Counted from the first letter of the stretch, positions 16,085 through 24,444 are shown. The stretch is DNA of 32,000 bases from an uncultured delta proteobacterium (GCA_963843145.1 CAWJJC010000020.1:449171-481170), one strand, 5' to 3'. Numbers and translations: made by a program. Notes: a model not told the origin generated them from the letters alone.

Positions 16085-17323
16085 TCAGGGCTTGAGGACT
16101 CTGATCATAGCCTCCACCGCGGCTCGGGCGAAGGCGGGATCATTTAAATAGGCCTCAACGGTCTGAATGGTGATTTCGGGTTTACAATGCTGCCGGAGGG
16201 TTTCGGTAAAGAACCGATCCTCTTCCGGATCATAGGCGGCGCTGCCGGGGGCATCCGCCGTAGACCAGCCCCGGGTAGGGATCAGCAGGATCACCGGTCC
16301 CTGGGCCTGATTCAGTTTCCCGGCCATTACTTCGGCCACTTGTTTTAATTCATCCGTACTCAAACGAAGCCAGGTGCGGTCCTTATCCAGATCGTATTTG
16401 CGCCGCTGGGCGTAATCCGGTTTATAGTTTTTCCGGCTGGGGCTCATGAAATTCACCCCGCTGGGGGCGATCACTTGCGGGATACCCAACTTTCCGGCCG
16501 CCTCCAGCCGCTTCGATCCGGCGGCCCGCATGCCGCCCAGGAGCTGTTCGCCCACCCCGCCGGGGGCCAGATCCACCACGCCGTCGAAATAGCCTTCGGC
16601 GATCATCTCTTCCATCGCCCGATCGCAGATGCCGGCGGCGTGAAAACCGATGACCTGGAAACCGGCCTGGGTAAGACCGGCCTGGATGAGGTGAGCGCAG
16701 GGATCGCAAGGTCCGAACATGGACAGGGCGATCTGCTTTTGGGCCGATCCTCTGGCCGCCTCCGCGGAGAACCGAGGTTCCTGGGCCATGGCCCTGACCG
16801 CCCGGGCGGCCCGATTAAGCACATTTTTCAAGTGGGGACTCAACCCGGAGAGCTCAATAACTGTGTGAAAGAGCATGATGTCGCCGGTCCCGATGTAGCG
16901 GGTGGAGAGCCCCGGCAGGGCGGCGCTGGAGGAAACCATGACTTTGGGAATTCCAAAGGGCAGCGCGCGCATGATGTTCGTGGCGATCATGGAAAGTGTG
17001 GCCCCGCCCAGACCAAGGACGCCGGCCAACCGGCCTTCCTCCAGCAGTTTCCGGGCGATCTTGACCGCCCCCTGGGTCATATCCCTGGTAATACCGGTCC
17101 GATCGCGGGAGGCGCGGACGGCTTCAATCGTAGTTCCTCCTTGCAAAGCGACTTCGTCCGGCAGGATATCCCCCTTCTCCCTGGCCGCCGCCCCCATGGA
17201 CAAATCCATGGTCAGGGCCCGGCCGCCCAGCGCCCGGATCTGATCCTGCAAATAAAGGGTTTCCTGCGCCTTGGTATCCAAGGTTGAAATAATCAGAATG
17301 GCTGAGTCTATGGAATTTATCAT
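16085..17323 (-). CDS. Tm-1-like ATP-binding protein (UPF0261 family), copy 2
   Basis: MINSIDSAILIISTLDTKAQE... and GLGGATLSMIATNIMRALPFGIPKVMVSSSAA...GDIMLFHTVIELSGL. It is clearly paralogous to 13495-14769. Confidence 0.9.
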   Translation of the reverse strand: MINSIDSAILIISTLDTKAQETLYLQDQIRALGGRALTMDLSMGAAAREKGDILPDEVALQGGTTIEAVRASRDRTGITRDMTQGAVKIARKLLEEGRLAGVLGLGGATLSMIATNIMRALPFGIPKVMVSSSAALPGLSTRYIGTGDIMLFHTVIELSGLSPHLKNVLNRAARAVRAMAQEPRFSAEAARGSAQKQIALSMFGPCDPCAHLIQAGLTQAGFQVIGFHAAGICDRAMEEMIAEGYFDGVVDLAPGGVGEQLLGGMRAAGSKRLEAAGKLGIPQVIAPSGVNFMSPSRKNYKPDYAQRRKYDLDKDRTWLRLSTDELKQVAEVMAGKLNQAQGPVILLIPTRGWSTADAPGSAAYDPEEDRFFTETLRQHCKPEITIQTVEAYLNDPAFARAAVEAMIRVLKP

Positions 17324-17476
17324 AAGCTATCGCGTTTCCTGTTGACAAGGACCAAAGGATCGAGGAACGAGGATAAAGGTTTCTAGATCCTTTTTCCTCG
17401 TTCCTTTATCCTTAATTTGTTGTCTGATTTTTTTGCCTTTCCGCTTTGCGCTTTGCCCTCCGCGCTCTGCGTTTTC

Positions 17477-19136
17477 TTATTTTCCCGCCTTGACCCACTC
17501 TTCCAGTTGCGTCTTCAAAACCTTCTTATCGACCTTGCCTGAATCCCCTACCGTCGGCAGGGCCGGGACCAATTCCAAACGTTCGGGCAGCTTATAGGCG
17601 GAAATCTTCTTCTCTTTCAAAAAGGCCTTCATCTCTTCAAAGGTGAGGGTCTGCCCGGCCTTGGGAACCACGTAGGCGCAGGCCCGCTCCCCCATCTCCC
17701 GATCCGGGTAACCGACGACGGCCACACTGGCTACCGCCGGATGACCGTTCAGCAGACCTTCGATTTCCGCCGGGTAAATATTCTGGCCGCCGCGGATGAT
17801 CATGTCCTTGGCCCGTCCCAGGATCCAAAGGCAGCCCTGGTCGAACTTAACGATGTCGCCGGTGGTGGTCCAGCCGTCTTGATCGAAAACCGTGGCCGTC
17901 AATTCCGGATCCCGGTAATAGCCGGCCGGGGCATGGGGGCCCCGGAACCAGAGGATCCCGGGTTCGCCGTCCGGAACCGGGTTGCCCTGTTCGTCCTTAA
18001 GGACCACCTTGTTGCCCGGAAGCATCCGGCCCACTGTCCGGCGACGCAGGTCCTTGGAGTCATCGACCGAACAACCGGACACGGAGCCCACGTCCTGGGT
18101 ACCCAGGTCACTGGTAATGGCCGCCCCGAAGGCCTTTTCGGCCTCTTCCGCCACCTGGGGCGACAGGTAACCGCCGGCGGACCGGATGAACCGCAGGGAG
18201 CTCAAATCATATTTCGTGGTATCCGCCTCGAGCATCCGCACCAGGTGGGTCGGCACCACCCCGATGGCCGTGGCTTTTTCCTTTTCGATCAGGGCCAGGG
18301 CCGCCTCCGGGTTGAATTCTTCCAGCATCACGGTTTTGGCCCCGGCCAGGGGGGCCGCAAAATAGGTCAGGGTCCCGGCGGCCCCGCCGGCATGGGGGGC
18401 GATGGCCATGGTGATATCGTCTTTGGTCAGCTTCCAGATAGCCACCCGGCCCTTGGAGGTACAGACCCGGGGGGCGATGGGCCACTCAACCAGCTTGGGC
18501 AGACCGGTGGTCCCGGTCGTACTGGTCAGCAGACCGATGTCCCACTTGGGGTTGAAGCGCCGAGCATTCAGCAGTGCCTTCGTCAATCGGTTTAGCCAGG
18601 GATTCCTCCGCCAGTTTGATCAGGGAATAGGTATTTTTCGGGGCCTCCGGGGGAACCGTCTCCTCAAAAAGAAAAATGTGCTTTAAAAACGGAAAACGGA
18701 CCTGCAGTCCCTTATACATTTCCAGGTAATTAAAATTGCGGTAGATATAACAGATGATCACCGCCTCGGCCTGGGTCTTTTCGACGAAGTGCTCCAACTC
18801 GCGCTCCCGCAGATAGGGGTAGACGGTCAGGGAAATGAGCCCGGCCCGTTCGCTGGCGACGCGGGCCAGAAAGCCATAGACGCTGTTAGGGGATTGAATA
18901 ATGATCCGGGCATCCTTGGGGATGCCCATTTGGACAAAGTTCTGGGCGATCCCGTCAATCAGCCGTTTGGCCTGCTTCCAGGTGAGCCGGTATTTGGAAT
19001 CCACCAGGGCTTCGCGGTCCCCGAATTCCCGCACATTGCGTTCGTAAAAATCATAAAAGGTTTCGTCGGTCCAGTACCCGTCGCGGGTGTATTCATCGAC
19101 CATTTCCTGCGTGTAGCGTATGGGTTTCACTATCAA
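17477..19136 (-). pseudogene. AMP-dependent aryl-CoA ligase/synthetase (EntE / 4-hydroxybenzoate-CoA ligase-like), interrupted by a 1-nt insertion
   Basis: The N-terminal part (ORF 18486..19136) reads sensibly to ...LAEESLAKPIDEG and then degenerates. The adjacent frame (ORF 17477..18586) carries the AMP-binding P-loop LLTSTTGTTGLPK and the rest of the adenylate-forming fold to the C-terminus. The span is 1660 nt, i.e. 3n+1. Confidence 0.85.
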
Positions 19137-19253
19137 CCTCCGTTATGAATTAAAACGAATATCGATCACCGAATTCGTTTTTGTTTTCGTATTAAACCCC
19201 CATGCCCGGGGGGTACCCGCAAAGCATGAAGATGGATGATTAAACTAAAAGTC

Positions 19254-19470
19254 GTCATTCCGGCGGAAGCCCTTCGGCTTGCTCAGGGCCATGAGCTTTG
19301 TCGAATGGCCGGAATCCGGCAGTAAAGTTCTTGGGTCAACTGGATGCCGGATCAGGTCCGGCATGACGGCAAAAGCAGCTTCCTGGAAACGGTTATAGCT
19401 GGGTGCGGGAGGGGTTAACAGCTCGGCTGAACCTTTCGGTGAACTCAAGGCCCTGAGCTCGTCGAAGGGC
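19254..19470. repeat. Composite extragenic repeat block with nested inverted repeats
   Basis: GTCATTCCGGC...GCCGGAATC (19254-19316). CTGGATGCCGGAtcaggTCCGGCATGACGG (19340-19369). A 22-nt long-range inverted repeat at 19269-19290 vs 19449-19470 matches at 19 of 22 positions. Confidence 0.55.
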
Positions 19471-19589
19471 TCGCCGAAGTCCCCTCCCCTGCACTCGAAC
19501 TAATAATCAACGTCTAATTAATAATTAGTAATTGAGAATTGATTGTTGATCATTAATCACGGTCCTCCCCAGCCCCAAGGCTTTCCACT

Positions 19590-19622
19590 CCGACCCCCTT
19601 TCCTGGCAGGAAAGGGGGTCGG
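19590..19622 (-). terminator. Perfect 16-nt inverted repeat CCGACCCCCTTTCCTG-g-CAGGAAAGGGGGTCGG, 42 nt after the ubiD-like stop
   Basis: Read directly. It is a very stable stem-loop, but it has no U-tract. It could be a terminator, an mRNA 3' stabiliser or a repeat element. Confidence 0.35.
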
Positions 19623-19663
19623 CCATGGCAAAACGAGGAAGAACTTGGCTGACGTTCAGGCCT

Positions 19664-21070
19664 CTAGAGGCCGAATTCCTTCCAGCGGCTTTCAACTTGC
19701 TTGACCATATCCGGGTCCAGCGCAATCGGGATGGGTTTCTCCTTCCAGTCGTAGGGAATGGTGGCGTCCAAAAGCAACCGGCCGGTGATGTCCCGGGAAT
19801 CGATGGGCAGCGATGGATCCAACGGCGTGGATCGCCCGCGCTTGATAACCTGGCTGCGGTTGGGCTGGAAGCGAAAGCTCAGGGCGTACATGACCCGGGG
19901 AATGTCCCAGGCGTCGATGTCGTCGTCCACCACGATGACGGTCTTGAGACCGTAGGCCCCCATTTCGGTGGAGATGGCCGCGGTCAGCACCTGATCGGCG
20001 TGGCCCGGGTACATCTGCTTCAGGGAAATAATGGCCAGGAAGCGGCCCGATCCCTCGGGCGGACAATATACCGATTTAACCCCCGGAATCTTCATGGCAG
20101 TCAATTGTTGCCAGAGGGTCGACCCGTAAGACAAGGCCATGGTCATGTGCGTATCGGTCACCGCCCGGCCAACCGTGGTCCCCCAGAGTATGGGGTTGTT
20201 CCGGAAAGTAACGCATTGGACGTCAATAAAATTCCGGGGGTCCGTGCCCACCCCTGAATAGTAGCCGGTGTATTCCCCAAAGGGGCCTTCCGGCAAAAAT
20301 TTTTCCGCATCCACCAATCCCTCGATGACGATCTCGGCGTGGGCCGGGATGGGCAAGTCCACCGTCTCCCCCTTGACCACTTCAATGGGGGCCCCGGCGA
20401 TGGCCCCGGCCACATCGTACTCGGAAACGAAGGCCGAGAGCCGGGCCGCGCCCAAGACAAACAGCAGCGGATCCCCGCCGATAACCGAGGCCACCGGCAT
20501 GGGCTTTTTCAGGGCCTGGTATTTCTTGAGCATAATATCGGCATGTTTGCCCTTGATGAATTGGGTGCCGACCTTGTCCTTCTCCAGCAATTGGGAGCGG
20601 TAGGTCCCCAGGTTGATCCAGCCGGAGTCCGGATCCTTGGTGATGATGTAATGGGCCGTGCCGATAAAGCGCCCGCCGTCCTTGGGATACCATTTGGGCA
20701 CCGGGAACTTGAAGAGATCGATATCGCTCCCCTTCATGATGTTTTCCTTGCAGGGGGCCTGGTCTCGTTCCACCCAGACCGGCGGGATCAGTTTATCGCC
20801 CACCTTGACCCATTGCTCCATGAGCCCCACCAGGCTGGTTTCTCTGGGCATGCGCATGAGGATCGCTAACCGCTGAGTGGTGGTGCAGACGCTGGTCATG
20901 ACCGGGCTGCTATAGCCCTTCACGTTTTCAAAGAGCAAGGCCGGACCAAGTTTTTCCTCATTCAGTTTGGCGATGTGAGATAACTCCAGGTTCCAATCCA
21001 CTTCCGCCTTCACCCGATGCACTAATCCGTCGGGTTCCCCTATGGCAATAAAATCTCTCAGATCTTTCAT
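19664..21070 (-). CDS. UbiD-family (de)carboxylase, phenylphosphate carboxylase subunit-like
   Basis: 468 aa with MKDLRDFI...LLFENVKGY...EGPFGEYTGYY... The UbiD fold signature runs throughout. AAGGAGG/GGAGA lies upstream of ATG at 21070. Confidence 0.9.
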   Translation of the reverse strand: MKDLRDFIAIGEPDGLVHRVKAEVDWNLELSHIAKLNEEKLGPALLFENVKGYSSPVMTSVCTTTQRLAILMRMPRETSLVGLMEQWVKVGDKLIPPVWVERDQAPCKENIMKGSDIDLFKFPVPKWYPKDGGRFIGTAHYIITKDPDSGWINLGTYRSQLLEKDKVGTQFIKGKHADIMLKKYQALKKPMPVASVIGGDPLLFVLGAARLSAFVSEYDVAGAIAGAPIEVVKGETVDLPIPAHAEIVIEGLVDAEKFLPEGPFGEYTGYYSGVGTDPRNFIDVQCVTFRNNPILWGTTVGRAVTDTHMTMALSYGSTLWQQLTAMKIPGVKSVYCPPEGSGRFLAIISLKQMYPGHADQVLTAAISTEMGAYGLKTVIVVDDDIDAWDIPRVMYALSFRFQPNRSQVIKRGRSTPLDPSLPIDSRDITGRLLLDATIPYDWKEKPIPIALDPDMVKQVESRWKEFGL

Positions 21071-21129
21071 AATTATTCTCCAGGCCTCCTTATTATTAGT
21101 GATTTATGATAATAGTACCCACGAAAGAT

Positions 21130-21312
21130 CCCACTCCGCGGGGTTGTCGGTTTGAGCGAAGCCTGTCCTTTGGTGAGAGGCCAAAGGACGATAACGCCCC
21201 CCGGTTTTCCACCCTTCGAAAACCGCCGGCCGACTGGTCCGTCCCGGTCGTCCTCTCCCGGCCGAAACGGATCAGCCTCCGCTCAAAGATCCTTTCCCCC
21301 GCGGGGAATGGG
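21130..21312 (-). repeat. Highly nested ~183-nt structured element (candidate cis-regulatory RNA or MITE-like insertion)
   Basis: The outer helix 21130-21143 / 21297-21312 is 14 bp with a 2-nt bulge. The second helix 21151-21163 / 21275-21287 has an 8-bp perfect TTTGAGCG/CGCTCAAA core plus extensions. Internal hairpins are at 21165-21189 (9 bp) and 21202-21225 (8 bp). The element starts immediately after the ppsB-like stop codon. Confidence 0.45.
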
Positions 21313-22398
21313 CTAAAATTTCCTGCCCTGCATCAATCCGGCCACAATCTGTTCCATGGCCGTGGCCTTGGGCTTTACCACCGGCTCCACCTTTTTCTGG
21401 CTCCAGACCGTTTCTGGCCGGGCCTGAAGGATGCGGACATTGCCGCCGGCCGGCAGGTCCTTATCCACGGCCCACTCAATATCCATCTGTTTGCCGTAAT
21501 GGGCCTCGATCAACTTGCCGTACCGGGCCAGTTCCCTGATGTCTTTGTCGATGACCGATTGAACCTCCTTGCGTTCCTCTTCAACTTCCATCTCCACCAG
21601 TTGGTTGCGTTCGGGATTGGTAGTGAAATACATTTCCTTGCGGGAAATGGTCCTCTTGAGGATCTCCAGGTTGATTTTATCCACCACGAACTGGTCGGGA
21701 GTTACCGACCCGCTGACCACTGACTCCCCCACCCCCCAGTTGGCATCGATGACGATGACCGAAACGTCCCCGGAAGCCGGATTCAAGGTGAACATGACTC
21801 CGGCCGTAAAGGAGTTGACCATCTTCTGGATGCCCACGCTGATCAGGACCTTCTCATGGTCAAAGCCCATCTTGATCCGATAGGTGATGGCCCGGGGGGT
21901 AAACAGGGAAGACCAACATAACCGGACCTTGTCGATGATTTCTTCCTGGGTGCGGACAAACAGGTAGGTCTCCTGCTGCCCGGCAAAGCTGGCCCCGGGC
22001 AGGTCCTCGGCCGTGGCGCTGGATCGAACGGCCACCGGCATCAGGGGCAGTTGCAGCTCCCGCCATAAATGGTTATAGCTATCCCCGATAGCCGTGGCGA
22101 TCTCCTCCGGAATCGGGGTGCTTTCGATCAAGGCCCGGACAAATTGACTGGCGGACTCCACCCCGTCCATATCCTGCGGATCCAGACCCCGGAGCCGATC
22201 AAAAATCGGTTTCTTCAATCCCTGTTGGTTCAAATAGACGTCATAGGCTTCGGTGGTTATGGCATAACCGGGAGGGACCGGAATGCCAGCCCGGAGTAAC
22301 TCCCCCAGACTGGCATTCTTCCCGCCCACCAAAGGCAAAAAGCTCAGGTCGCATTCTTCGAACCGTAAAATATAAGGGCTTTTTACTTCCTGACCCAT
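21313..22398 (-). CDS. PPDK_N (ATP-grasp) domain protein, phenylphosphate synthase beta subunit (PpsB)-like
   Basis: 361 aa with LVGGKNASLGELLRAGIPVPPGYAITTEAY and ...VAVRSSATAEDLPGASFAGQQETYL, the nucleotide-binding domain of PEP synthase / PPDK enzymes. It has no His-domain of its own. It starts 3 nt after the upstream gene stop. Confidence 0.85.
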   Translation of the reverse strand: MGQEVKSPYILRFEECDLSFLPLVGGKNASLGELLRAGIPVPPGYAITTEAYDVYLNQQGLKKPIFDRLRGLDPQDMDGVESASQFVRALIESTPIPEEIATAIGDSYNHLWRELQLPLMPVAVRSSATAEDLPGASFAGQQETYLFVRTQEEIIDKVRLCWSSLFTPRAITYRIKMGFDHEKVLISVGIQKMVNSFTAGVMFTLNPASGDVSVIVIDANWGVGESVVSGSVTPDQFVVDKINLEILKRTISRKEMYFTTNPERNQLVEMEVEEERKEVQSVIDKDIRELARYGKLIEAHYGKQMDIEWAVDKDLPAGGNVRILQARPETVWSQKKVEPVVKPKATAMEQIVAGLMQGRKF

Positions 22399-22401
22399 TC
22401 C

Positions 22402-24246
22402 TTACCTCCTGATGCTAATAACTCCCGTGCTGCCGTCCACCTTGATATAATCCCCGGTCTTGATCGCCTGGGTGCCGAGACCGGTGCCGACGATAGCCGG
22501 CACACCGTATTCCCGGCAAACAATGGCCGCGTGACACATGACCCCGCCCACGTCGGTGACGCAGGCCTTGATCTTCTGAAAGGCCGGGGCCCAACTGGGC
22601 GAGGTGGTGGGGGCCACGAGGATCTCGCCTTCCTGCAGTTGGTTGATTTCGGTCACGCTGCGGCAGACCCGGGCCGGCCCTTCCACCTGTCCGGGAGAGC
22701 CGGGGAAGCCCTTGAGTTCGGTCAGGGTGCTCAGATCGCCCACCTCTTTGGCCTTGGCCCAGTTGGTCATGCTCTCCGAGGTGACCCCCCAGAGAACGAT
22801 GGTAAAGGGCTCGGTGATGGACTCCGGGGCGATCCCCAGGGCCGGCGGCGCGGTCCACTGCCGGAACTTATCCATGACCCCTTTGCGCCAGGTGATCTCC
22901 TTAGGCCAATAGAGCGGTCCGCGGGCCTTGGTGCCCGTGGCCCAACCGGTGACCAGATCCCAGAGGGCGTCCTTGATCTCGCTGCGCGAGAGGTACCAGA
23001 TATCTTCCACGTCCTTGATAAAGCCGTGGTTGACCATAATGCCGGAAATCTTGCGCATCTGTTTCCAGAAGATGCTGTGGAACCAGTGCTCCACATAAAA
23101 GAGGTGGTTTTCCACGTAAGGAAAAACCGTTTTGGAAGTGCCCAGAAGCTGGTCGAAGGTAGCCCGGTCCTCATCGGTTTTCAGGAGCTTGCGGTATTCG
23201 GTGGTGATCTTGTCCCGTTCTTCCCGAACATCGGCCAAGGGCCGTTCAATGGTGCCGCCCTTTTTCAGGGTGCCAATATAGATGCGGATCGAATCCAGCG
23301 GGATGTTGAGGTCATCCAGCCAGCAGGAGTCGTGGTGGTACCAACCGGTCCCGGTGGAGATGTAGAACCAGGGGTCTTTGGCCTTATCGAAGGCTGCCGT
23401 CCACTTCTTCCCCGCTTCTGTGGCCTGCAGTTTGGGCCAGAGCTGGTCGATCGTTCCGCCGTCCAGGATGGCATCGCCCAAACCCAGCTCCATGGCCAGC
23501 TTGGCCAATTTTTTCAGTTCCTCGTCGGGCTGGTACATGATGACGTCCACCCCGGAGACCATCTGGGTGACGCGCTGGATAGGAATATCCGGAAAGGCCT
23601 TCTGGCAGAAATCCAAAAAGACTACGTAGGCGGCATAACCGAGGTTTAAGAACTCAAAGTGATATTGCCAGGCCAGGATACCCAGGTCGATCAAATCGTC
23701 GTATTTTTTCAAGAGTTTATATCCGCTGCTGATTCCCAGACCTTCCAGTACCACCGACTCCTCCTCCATTTCCGGCAAATCGGAAATTTCGATAGCCGCT
23801 ACCCTTTCAATCACCTCCCGCATCTTCTTTTCCCAATTATCATGGAGGCGATCCCAATTCTGGTAATAATAGCCGGCCCGCTTCATGAAGAGTTCGACCC
23901 GGGCGGGGATCGTACTCGGATCGGCCACCGGGACGGGGGTAATGTAGATATTGCCGTTTACGATGCGGTGATCGACTCCCAGGGCCGGCGGGACGATGAA
24001 AACCCGGGTATTATTCTGCGACAGGGCTAAGAACCAGGCCTCATCCCAGATGATGTCAAAGGGATACATCGGCTCGGGATAATGAAGGGCATCGTTAAAC
24101 CAGAACATGCTTTTCTCATAGGCCTTTCGCTCCGGATCGTCGGTGGTAAACAGATAATGATAGGGATACATGCGTTCCCAGCCTTCCGTGCCGGGGATGG
24201 TGGGGATTTCATGGGGGTCAGGAAACTTCATATTGGTTCCGGCCAT
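22402..24246 (-). CDS. PEP-utilizing-enzyme mobile-domain protein, phenylphosphate synthase alpha subunit (PpsA)-like
   Basis: The track ORF extends to 24288. ATG at 24246 (MAGTNMKFPD) has AAAGGAGAAG upstream. The C-terminal phospho-His swivel domain reads GEILVAPTTSPSWAPAF...TDVGGVMCHAAIVCREYGVPAIVG. The large N-terminal region of about 500 aa is non-PPDK, as in PpsA. Confidence 0.85.
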   Translation of the reverse strand: MAGTNMKFPDPHEIPTIPGTEGWERMYPYHYLFTTDDPERKAYEKSMFWFNDALHYPEPMYPFDIIWDEAWFLALSQNNTRVFIVPPALGVDHRIVNGNIYITPVPVADPSTIPARVELFMKRAGYYYQNWDRLHDNWEKKMREVIERVAAIEISDLPEMEEESVVLEGLGISSGYKLLKKYDDLIDLGILAWQYHFEFLNLGYAAYVVFLDFCQKAFPDIPIQRVTQMVSGVDVIMYQPDEELKKLAKLAMELGLGDAILDGGTIDQLWPKLQATEAGKKWTAAFDKAKDPWFYISTGTGWYHHDSCWLDDLNIPLDSIRIYIGTLKKGGTIERPLADVREERDKITTEYRKLLKTDEDRATFDQLLGTSKTVFPYVENHLFYVEHWFHSIFWKQMRKISGIMVNHGFIKDVEDIWYLSRSEIKDALWDLVTGWATGTKARGPLYWPKEITWRKGVMDKFRQWTAPPALGIAPESITEPFTIVLWGVTSESMTNWAKAKEVGDLSTLTELKGFPGSPGQVEGPARVCRSVTEINQLQEGEILVAPTTSPSWAPAFQKIKACVTDVGGVMCHAAIVCREYGVPAIVGTGLGTQAIKTGDYIKVDGSTGVISIRR

Positions 24247-24444
24247 CTTTGCTTCTCCTTTTTGGTGGTGGGTAAAAATTAAAAGCAAAATACCTCTCCC
24301 TAAACTAAAGAACTATGAAGAAAAAAAATCACCTCCTTTTCGTGTTTTTCGGAGTCCCTCAGGGATTGCAATTTCAGCGTCGGGATGCTTGCGGATAGGC
24401 GCCAGGCCTCTGGGAGCTAGCTTAAAGGGTAAAAAAAAACCCGG

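Noticed and set aside
22531-23649. 372-aa plus-strand ORF, plus similar long antisense ORFs at 8376-9023, 9805-10356, 16475-17287, 17741-18595, 19625-20257 and 20339-20869
   Set aside because: Each lies opposite a gene with strong family motifs. Each has the Gly/Arg/Pro/His-rich composition expected from reading a GC3-biased gene backwards. None has a start context or a motif.
24390-24415. Sigma54-like TGGCGC...GCA on the minus strand upstream of the ppsA-like gene
   Set aside because: The GG-to-GC spacing is one nucleotide shorter than the -24/-12 consensus, and the -12 element lacks TTGC. No enhancer-binding protein gene is nearby, and the local regulator is LysR-type.
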